Assembly (NCBI GenBank): GCA_034723395.1
Contig: JAYEOW010000001.1
Location: 1 to 23,040 of the forward strand
Origin: Candidatus Margulisiibacteriota bacterium
GTDB taxonomy: Bacteria > Margulisbacteria > WOR-1 > O2-12-FULL-45-9
Length of the DNA stretch: 23,040 nucleotides
Direction: 5' to 3'
Shown here: piece after piece, positions 16,331 to 23,040 of the stretch
Layout: each line of letters begins with the position of its first letter
Position numbering within the stretch: the first letter of the stretch is position 1
Position numbers and translations under genes: made by a program
The notes under the pieces: model-generated
What the model saw: the letters and a program-made list of their open reading frames with translations, nothing else
Database searches by the model: none
Told to the model about the DNA's origin: nothing

Positions 16331-18385
16331 CTACCCCGGGAGGACGATTTTTCTAAAATCGGCCACGCTTAGAAATAATTTTTCAATCGACTTTAATAGT
16401 GCCAGCCGGTTTAACTTGAGTTTTTCGTCTTTGTGCATGACCAAAACTTTATCGAAGAAAAGCTCAAGCGGATCGGTAAAGAAGGTCAAGGCTTTAAGCG
16501 CTTTTTCCCATGCCTCTTCTTTAATCGCCTCCCCTACTTCCCAGTTTAGCTTCATATAAAGCTCAAACAAGCTTTTTTCTTCTTTCTCTACCAGGTCTTC
16601 TTCGATCACTTCTTCCCGAGCAGGATTGTTCGCAATGCGGGACACGCGCTCGGCCGATTTAACAACTCCCGGGAACCATTTCTCACCGGTCGAAAGATCA
16701 ATCACCTTAGCTTTCTTTGAACAATCCAGGATGTCGTTAAAATCGGAAAGAACCGCGTCCACCACATCGTAGCGGGTCCCGCTATCGAGCAGCGCCGGTC
16801 TTAATCTTGCCGCTATAAAATTTAAGATAGCGGATTTTACTTTTGGGGATACCGGAAAGCTATGCTCGATCGCTTCATCCAGTAAAAGATCGATCTCCTT
16901 TTCAACGATGATCCGGATGATCCCGTGCGCGGCGCGGCGCAGGCCGTACGGATCGGCCGATCCGGTGGGGATCGCCCCCACGCTGAAACATCCGACAATA
17001 GAATCGATCCGATCGGCCAGGGAAACGATCGTCCCCTCCATCGAGCTTGGGATCTTATCTTCCGCATAACGCGGGAGATAATGTTCGCGTATTCCTTCGG
17101 CAACTTTTGGGTCTTCGCCGGATAATAATGCGTAATGCTTACCGATGATCCCCTGCAGGATCGGGAATTCATAAACCATTTTCGTAGTCAGGTCCGCCTT
17201 ACAAAGCTCGGAGATCCTTTTTACGGTCCGCAAACCTTCTCCATCAAATCCGATCCGTTTTGCGATCCATTCGGCGAGTTTTCCGATCCGTTTGGATTTA
17301 TCGGCCATCGATCCGAGCTTTTCGAAGTAACCAACCCTCTCGAGATCGGGGATGCGCAGCTTTAACGGCTGTTTTTTATCCTCTTCAAAGAAGAATTTAG
17401 CATCCGAAAGCCTGGCGGTAAGCACTTTTTGGTTCCCTGCTACCACCGATTTATTTTTACAGCCATCGGTCACTACTACAAAACGCCCGGCCAGCTTACC
17501 TTTATTATCTAAGATCGGAAAATATTTTTGGTTCTTCTTCATCGAAGTGATTAACACTTCCTGCGGGATCTTTAAGAAAGATTTATCGATCGCCCCGACA
17601 TAAACAATTGGATCTTCCACTAAGAAAGTGACTTCTGAGAGAAGCTCTGCCTCAATGTGCGCATTCCCCTTAACCTTTTTTGCTTCCGCCTCCACCATCT
17701 TTTTGATCTTCTCTCTCCGCTCATCCTGATCGACAACTACTCCGTATTTCAGAAGGAATTTTTTATAAGAAGGTAGGGACAGGGTTTGTCCCTGTCCGGC
17801 TAAACGGACAGCCACGAGGGCTGTCCCTACATTTCGATGAGGACTCGTCTTATTCCCCGAAACTATCCCAGCCAGTTTAAACTTAACAGTCTTATTACCA
17901 CACAACGCCACGATCCAATGGATCGGCCGGATAAATTTAAAGTCGATGTCTCCCCAACGCATTGCCAGCGGCTGATAGATCGAAGAGACAATTTCGGGGA
18001 ACAGCTCAGCCAAAACTTTTTCGGCCGTTTTCCCTTTCTTATGAACCTTGGCGTATACGTAATTATCGCGGACCTCGAGGTTCTCAATCCCCACCCCCTG
18101 GCTTTTAGCAAAGCCCAGTGCGGCCTTGGTTGGATTCCCTGAGGGATCGTAGGCGACCTTAGCCGGAGGACCTTTGGCATCCAAGGAAACATCTTTCTGT
18201 TTCGGTTCCAGGTCTTCGATATAAAGGGTTAAGCGGCGGTAAGTCCCGAGAGTTTCGATCTTTTTATAAGATAGTCTCTCCCTCTTAAGCTTTTCCTGCG
18301 CCTTCTCTTTTAGATCTTTTAGGAATCCCGGCATAAATCGCGCCGGGATCTCTTCGCATCCTATTTCAAGCAGACTGTTCAACAT
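16331..18385 (-). CDS. glyS: Glycine--tRNA ligase beta subunit, with an internal REP doublet
   Basis: [15 protein letters not shown]...[57 protein letters not shown]...NRLALL. Confidence 0.96.
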   Translation of the reverse strand: MLNSLLEIGCEEIPARFMPGFLKDLKEKAQEKLKRERLSYKKIETLGTYRRLTLYIEDLEPKQKDVSLDAKGPPAKVAYDPSGNPTKAALGFAKSQGVGIENLEVRDNYVYAKVHKKGKTAEKVLAELFPEIVSSIYQPLAMRWGDIDFKFIRPIHWIVALCGNKTVKFKLAGIVSGNKTSPHRNVGTALVAVRLAGQGQTLSLPSYKKFLLKYGVVVDQDERREKIKKMVEAEAKKVKGNAHIEAELLSEVTFLVEDPIVYVGAIDKSFLKIPQEVLITSMKKNQKYFPILDNKGKLAGRFVVVTDGCKNKSVVAGNQKVLTARLSDAKFFFEEDKKQPLKLRIPDLERVGYFEKLGSMADKSKRIGKLAEWIAKRIGFDGEGLRTVKRISELCKADLTTKMVYEFPILQGIIGKHYALLSGEDPKVAEGIREHYLPRYAEDKIPSSMEGTIVSLADRIDSIVGCFSVGAIPTGSADPYGLRRAAHGIIRIIVEKEIDLLLDEAIEHSFPVSPKVKSAILNFIAARLRPALLDSGTRYDVVDAVLSDFNDILDCSKKAKVIDLSTGEKWFPGVVKSAERVSRIANNPAREEVIEEDLVEKEEKSLFELYMKLNWEVGEAIKEEAWEKALKALTFFTDPLELFFDKVLVMHKDEKLKLNRLALLKSIEKLFLSVADFRKIVLPG
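17773..17830. repeat. GTAG-type REP doublet (REPIN-like) inside glyS
   Basis: GTAG-GGACAGGG-tttgt-CCCTGTCC, 8-nt spacer, GGACAGCC-acgag-GGCTGTCC-CTAC; perfect 10-bp terminal IR. Confidence 0.9.
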
Positions 18386-19217
18386 ATTGCCTCGCACACC
18401 TTCTGGCTAATTTGCGGATCTTAAGGATATAAGCCATCCTTTCGGTAACTGATACTGCTCCCCGCGCGTCGAGGAGGTTAAAAACGTGAGAACATTTAAG
18501 AACATAATCGTAAGCAGGAAAAACTAATTCTTGGTCTAAGGACTTATAAGCTTCACTTTCGTACATTTGGAAAAGCTTGCTTAAAGTTTCGATATTTGCG
18601 GTTTCGAAATTGTATTTTGAATGCTCTCTCTCTTGCGGAAGGTAAATATCGCCGTATTTTACCCCTTTGGTCCACTGAATATCGTAGACGTTATCAACTT
18701 TCTGGATAAACATCGCGAGCCGTTCGAGTCCATAGGTTAATTCAACCGCGACCGGTTTACAGGGAAAGCCGCCGCATTCTTGAAAATAAGTAAATTGAGT
18801 GACCTCCATCCCTTCGGCCCATACTTCCCAACCTGTACCCCAAGCGCCTAGCGTCGGTGATTCCCAGTTATCTTCAACGAACCGGACATCGTGTTTTGCC
18901 GGTTCGATCCCGATCGCGCGAAGTGAATTTAGATAAGCATCTTGAACATCCATCGGAGAAGGTTTTAGAACTACTTGATATTGGAAATAGTGGAATAAAC
19001 GATTTGGATTTTCACCGTATCTGCCATCGGTCGGCCGGCGGACAGGATCGATATAGGCGACGTTCCATTTTTTAGGTCCGAGGACGCCGAAAAAGGTTGC
19101 CGGAGACATCGTCGCCGCCCCTTTTTCGAGGTCGTACGGCTGGCGGATAACGCACCCATATTCCGCCCAATAACGGTTTAAATTGTCGATGATTTCCTGG
19201 AAGTTTAACGCTTTCAC
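18366..19217 (-). CDS. glyQ: Glycine--tRNA ligase alpha subunit
   Basis: [69 protein letters not shown]. Start GTG 19217 (283 aa); the longer ORF upstream is trpD antisense. Confidence 0.96.
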   Translation of the reverse strand: MKALNFQEIIDNLNRYWAEYGCVIRQPYDLEKGAATMSPATFFGVLGPKKWNVAYIDPVRRPTDGRYGENPNRLFHYFQYQVVLKPSPMDVQDAYLNSLRAIGIEPAKHDVRFVEDNWESPTLGAWGTGWEVWAEGMEVTQFTYFQECGGFPCKPVAVELTYGLERLAMFIQKVDNVYDIQWTKGVKYGDIYLPQEREHSKYNFETANIETLSKLFQMYESEAYKSLDQELVFPAYDYVLKCSHVFNLLDARGAVSVTERMAYILKIRKLARRCARQYVEQSA

Positions 19218-19227
19218 CCTGGAGCAA

Positions 19228-19256
19228 ATATTATCATAAAAGAAGAGCGAATTCAA
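19228..19256 (-). promoter_or_regulatory. Putative sigma-70 promoter for glyQS
   Basis: Minus strand TTGAAT, 17-nt spacer, TGn-TAATAT, 10 nt before the GTG; no clear SD. Confidence 0.5.
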
Positions 19257-19279
19257 AGATTTAACTTTTCCCAATAGAA

Positions 19280-19288
19280 TGATATAAT
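19280..19288 (+). promoter_or_regulatory. Extended -10 promoter for trpD, probably leaderless
   Basis: TGATATAAT, 8 nt before ATG 19297; no SD. Confidence 0.65.
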
Positions 19289-19296
19289 CTCGTATC

Positions 19297-20313
19297 ATGA
19301 TTAAAGATAGTATAAAAAAGCTCGTTGAGGGGAAAAATTTGACCAGGGAAGAAGCTGCCTTGACCATGGATACGATCATGCGCGGCGACGCTACCCCATC
19401 GCAAATCGCCGCATTCATTACTGCGCTAAGAATGAAGGAGGAAACGGTGAATGAAATTACCGGCTGCGCCGAAAAGATGCGGGAACACGCAATCAACATA
19501 ACTCCTGAACAGAAGAATTTAGTTGATACTTGCGGTACCGGTGGAGACGTTTCCGGAACTTTTAATATCTCAACCGTATCCGCTTTTGTAGTTGCCGGCG
19601 CTGGCATTCCAGTCGCCAAACACGGGAACAGATCGGTATCGAGCAAATGCGGATCGGCCGATATTCTAGAAGCACTCGGCGTTAACATTGAAATCGAACC
19701 CAAAAAGGTTGAAGAATCTATCTCCAAAGTCGGGATCGGCTTTATTTTCGCGCCTAAATTCCACAAAGCCATGAAGTTCGCCATGCCCAGCCGCAAAGAG
19801 ATCGGCATCCGCACCGTTTTCAACATTTTGGGACCGTTAACCAATCCGGCAAAAGCCTCCGCTCAAGTTTTAGGGGTTTTCAATCCGGACCTGACCGAAA
19901 TGATCGCTAAGGTTCTCGGAAATCTGGGTGTCAAACAGGCCATGGTCGTTCACGGCATGGACGGCTTGGATGAGATCTCGATTTCCGATAAAACCAGAGT
20001 TTCCGAGCTCAAGAATGGCAAAGTTAAAACCAGTTTTATAAAGCCGGAAGACTTCGGAATGAAAAAAGGAAAAAAAGAAGATATTCTCGGCGGATCCATC
20101 AATGAAAACTTAAAGATTGCTTACGCCGTCTTAAAAGGCGAAGAAAAAGGGCCTAAGCGGGATGTAGTACTAATTAACGCCGCCGCGGCGATCTATGTCG
20201 GCGGAAAGGCCAAAGATATAAAAGAAGGCATTAAGCTGGCGGCAAAATCAATTGACTCGGGCGCGGCTTATAAAAAAGTGGAAGAGATGATTAAGTTCAC
20301 GAAAGGAACCTAA
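19297..20313 (+). CDS. trpD: Anthranilate phosphoribosyltransferase
   Basis: [55 protein letters not shown]. Confidence 0.97.
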   Translation: MIKDSIKKLVEGKNLTREEAALTMDTIMRGDATPSQIAAFITALRMKEETVNEITGCAEKMREHAINITPEQKNLVDTCGTGGDVSGTFNISTVSAFVVAGAGIPVAKHGNRSVSSKCGSADILEALGVNIEIEPKKVEESISKVGIGFIFAPKFHKAMKFAMPSRKEIGIRTVFNILGPLTNPAKASAQVLGVFNPDLTEMIAKVLGNLGVKQAMVVHGMDGLDEISISDKTRVSELKNGKVKTSFIKPEDFGMKKGKKEDILGGSINENLKIAYAVLKGEEKGPKRDVVLINAAAAIYVGGKAKDIKEGIKLAAKSIDSGAAYKKVEEMIKFTKGT

Positions 20314-20325
20314 TCTTCAAAAATC

Positions 20326-22530
20326 TTAAAGCAATTTCATGAAATAGCTCAACCACGCGGTATTTATCTTATTATAAAAATGATACACCTCTAATGTCTT
20401 ACAATATTCATCTTCAATCTCTTTAATCGCAGTCAATGTACTCTGCGCCACTGAGTCTGGATGTTTTATCAACCACGCTCTCAAATTCATCTTCACCTCT
20501 GCCATGCTCAAAGGCGGATTCTTTTTTGTAATATTATATTCAAAACATAATCCATCTGTAGGATCAAAATGTTCAATATACTTATTAAATAAATATTTTA
20601 CCGCCGGCTCAAAATTACCCTTTTTCATCTGTTTTCGCACTTCCGGTCTTGCCAGCCTGTTTTTTCCTTCTACATACGACACCTTAGAAGTAGCCTTATC
20701 TTCAAATCCATCGCTCATCCCATAATTCCTTGCAAAATCTTCCTTCTCAGCTTTAGGCTTTCTTTTCCATTTCCCACAAGGCTTTCTTTCGTCACTACAA
20801 GAAACCTTATCCCAAGCATCCCAGCTGATCTTGTAAAAGATTAAACTTCGATCGCCAGAAGATTGATCTTTCCCATCATTTCCTCGTTCAACCCCTATAT
20901 CCCAATGATGTCCAATTTCGTGAATAGCAGTATCGGAATCTTCTACAGCTAAGTTGATCCTCCCCAAATGGTATGTTCCCGATGCCCTAAGCCTTTTTAT
21001 CGACCAATCAAAATCAACAATCTTTAATCCATCAAAATGATGCTTGGGTAAAATTGAATAGGCTTCAGCAAAAGACAAAAGCTTTTTCCTTTTTTTCTTG
21101 CCGCCATTGATCTTTGCCTGAAGAGAGTCAACCATTCTCTTCGCTTTTTCCGAAAGCCCTTGCTTTTTCAAATTGACAATTAATTTATAGGCAGACAAGC
21201 TATCTCCATAATATTCCTTGAGGGATCTGCTGAATATTTCTTTTTTCCATGATATTGAAGGAATTGTTGATCGTGTCGATTTCTCAATCGCCTTTACCGC
21301 ATCTTCAAATTTGTCAGTTTTAAACCTCGCCCTTTTTAGTTTTAAATCCCTCCCATTCCCAATCACATGCCAAACCCCTTTACTCCGAAACATTAATAAG
21401 TAATAATTTTTCGGGGTTTTGGTTTCCTCATCTATGGTTGCAAAGCTATCTAATAAGGCAATTCTAACCTCTTCCACATCCTTACATGAATTTAACAACA
21501 GTAGTTGCAGATACATCTTTTTACTAAGCTTGGAAAAGCCCCAATTTCCAAGCCTTTGATATTGCAGGAAAGCCCATATTTTGCCTCTTTTTTCCAAGTC
21601 ATCAACTGCTTTCAAAATCTGCGAACTAAAATGCATTCTTCTCAATTTAATTTCTTCTAACGCCATTTCGGCTTCTTCTATATAATATGATATCCGCCAC
21701 CTTTCATTAAATGGGGTCTTGGCTTGTTCTGCTATCTTAGTAAATATTCTTCCCGCTCTTTGATAGTCCCTTCTTGTGTGAAGGAAATAGTGCCCCCTTT
21801 TCAAAGCATGCTTAAACTTATATACGAAATACCATAGTGCATATTTTTTATATTTAGGATTTCCTGTCAACTCAAAAGGAGCCCCTCTGGCAGCATTCGC
21901 TATAAAGTCATCGCTGCCGGAAACAACTTGAGCGAATATCTTTTTTGCCTCTTTAAATTTTCCCGCTCTTTTGTAATGTTCGGCAAGAAAGAAAAGAACC
22001 CTAGCTTTTATGTCTTGATAATTACGAGGAGGTGCAGAATATCCCCGGGTTTTATAAGGTTTTCTTTTCAGCCAACTCGTTGCAGCCGATAAAGATCTTT
22101 CATCATCCCCGACATAAAAATGATAGATTACAAGCCGATCCAGGGCATTTGATGCTTGATTCGAAGAGGGGTAACGATAAACCAAATTCTCGTACATCTC
22201 TATCCCTCTTTCATATTCTCTCTCAGCAAAATATTGGCGCCCCAATAGATAATAGGCCTCAGGAACATTTTCTGATTCAGGATTTTTATAGATAAAATCT
22301 TCTAAACATTTTATCTCTTCGCTTCTCTTTGAATAAATTTTACAGTTTTCCCAATCGATCTCCGCTTGAGGTCGCTTAATCTGCACAGGTTCAAACGGAG
22401 GAGAAATAATCTGAGGAGAAGCATCTTTAAAATCAAGCGCATCTCTGGTTTCCGCAGCCTCAAAATGAGAGTATACGTTATCTGTTTGTGATGGAAGCGC
22501 TATTCTGCTTGTTGGGTCTATTCCTGGCAT
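20326..22530 (-). CDS. TPR-containing protein with a C-terminal putative zinc metallopeptidase motif
   Basis: TPR-like units (PEAYYLLGRQYF...YENLVYRYPSS; VLFFLAEHYKRAGKFKEA). HEIGH at 20908-20922 and downstream YGMSDGFEDKAT. SD AGGAG upstream. Confidence 0.7.
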   Translation of the reverse strand: MPGIDPTSRIALPSQTDNVYSHFEAAETRDALDFKDASPQIISPPFEPVQIKRPQAEIDWENCKIYSKRSEEIKCLEDFIYKNPESENVPEAYYLLGRQYFAEREYERGIEMYENLVYRYPSSNQASNALDRLVIYHFYVGDDERSLSAATSWLKRKPYKTRGYSAPPRNYQDIKARVLFFLAEHYKRAGKFKEAKKIFAQVVSGSDDFIANAARGAPFELTGNPKYKKYALWYFVYKFKHALKRGHYFLHTRRDYQRAGRIFTKIAEQAKTPFNERWRISYYIEEAEMALEEIKLRRMHFSSQILKAVDDLEKRGKIWAFLQYQRLGNWGFSKLSKKMYLQLLLLNSCKDVEEVRIALLDSFATIDEETKTPKNYYLLMFRSKGVWHVIGNGRDLKLKRARFKTDKFEDAVKAIEKSTRSTIPSISWKKEIFSRSLKEYYGDSLSAYKLIVNLKKQGLSEKAKRMVDSLQAKINGGKKKRKKLLSFAEAYSILPKHHFDGLKIVDFDWSIKRLRASGTYHLGRINLAVEDSDTAIHEIGHHWDIGVERGNDGKDQSSGDRSLIFYKISWDAWDKVSCSDERKPCGKWKRKPKAEKEDFARNYGMSDGFEDKATSKVSYVEGKNRLARPEVRKQMKKGNFEPAVKYLFNKYIEHFDPTDGLCFEYNITKKNPPLSMAEVKMNLRAWLIKHPDSVAQSTLTAIKEIEDEYCKTLEVYHFYNKINTAWLSYFMKLL

Positions 22531-22547
22531 TTAATAATACTCTCCTA

Positions 22548-22576
22548 TTGCGAATACGTTTAAAACCCTCTATAAT
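22548..22576 (+). promoter_or_regulatory. Sigma-70 promoter for the small protein/nucleotidyltransferase pair
   Basis: TTGCGA, 17-nt spacer, TATAAT. Confidence 0.6.
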
Positions 22577-22578
22577 TA

Positions 22579-22605
22579 TTATCGTCAAAAAGCGGTTAAA
22601 ATTTC
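22579..22605 (-). promoter_or_regulatory. Sigma-28 (FliA)-like promoter upstream of the TPR protein
   Basis: Minus strand GAAA-N15-GACGATAA versus the consensus TAAA-N15-GCCGATAA. Confidence 0.5.
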
Positions 22606-22626
22606 AGTTAAATAAGGGAAATATTT

Positions 22627-22812
22627 ATGGCGCCGAATCTAAAACTGAAGAAGCATAATGCTAAAAAAGAAGAGGAATTTGAACAAAAATTCCAGCGCTC
22701 CCTTTCGTTAACCGACCGCTTTAGGATGGTAGTCCGCCAATCTAAACTCGTTCTAAGGATGTTAATAGACAATGGGCATAGAAAACCTACTGAAATATTT
22801 AAAAGAACTTAA
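22627..22812 (+). CDS. Small basic protein, possible antitoxin-like partner
   Basis: 61 aa; FQRSLSLTDRFRM helix motif; AAGGGA upstream; overlaps the next ORF by 41 nt. Confidence 0.65.
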   Translation: MAPNLKLKKHNAKKEEEFEQKFQRSLSLTDRFRMVVRQSKLVLRMLIDNGHRKPTEIFKRT

Positions 22813-23040
22813 GGTTCGTTTTGTAATTATCGGGGCCATGGCTTTCCCTTTTTACGGCTACTCGAGAACCACTCTTGATACAGATCTATTTATAGAACCA
22901 ACCGAGGAAAATGCAGAAAAAGCCAGAAAGGCACTTAAAAAATTCGGCTATGATGTATCCGACATCTCAGTCGACGATTTGCTGACAAAAAAAATACTTA
23001 TCCGCCAATATATGGTAGAAACAGATATCCATCCATTTGT
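22772..23040 (+). CDS. Nucleotidyltransferase superfamily protein (3' partial; not in the ORF track)
   Basis: Hand translation: MGIENLLKYLKELKVRFVIIGAMAFPFYGYSRTTLDTDLFIEPTEENAEKARKALKKFG... with the G[GA]xA...RxTxDxD signature; open to the window end. Confidence 0.82.
   Translation, partial: MGIENLLKYLKELKVRFVIIGAMAFPFYGYSRTTLDTDLFIEPTEENAEKARKALKKFGYDVSDISVDDLLTKKILIRQYMVETDIHPF

Noticed and set aside
19218..19844. 209-aa N-terminal extension of GlyQ in the ORF track
   Set aside because: It is mostly the stop-free antisense frame of trpD. GlyQ homology starts at about GTG 19217, with a promoter-like motif just upstream.
90..22295. Numerous short alternative-frame and antisense ORFs in the track
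   Set aside because: All are nested in well-supported genes and lack recognisable motifs.
1..23040. CRISPR array, tRNA/rRNA, transposase or integrase
   Set aside because: No regularly spaced repeats, RNA gene signatures or recombinase motifs seen; intergenic gaps are at most about 110 nt.

Overview
Densely packed bacterial chromosomal window with almost no intergenic space. From left to right: plsY (5' partial) and gpsA; a minus-strand type IV pilus/T2SS-like cluster (four minor pilins, a fused PilM-PilN, PilO, a PilP-like protein, a PilQ secretin) that continues without a gap from an FAD oxidoreductase, a GT-C and a GT2 gene; a divergent radical SAM + GT2 pair; glyQ-glyS followed by an exported protein and a second GT-C-like membrane protein; trpD; a large TPR/HExxH protein; and a small protein + nucleotidyltransferase pair (3' partial). 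The most striking signal is not a gene. Four GC-rich palindromic elements of three different types sit inside open reading frames without breaking them: in a prepilin leader, a signal peptide, a membrane-protein loop and the essential glyS. Also notable are several apparently leaderless promoters (one a palindromic bidirectional -10 pair), a sigma-28-like promoter before the TPR/metalloprotease gene, and frequent CGATCG. All product calls come from motif recognition; no database search was run.
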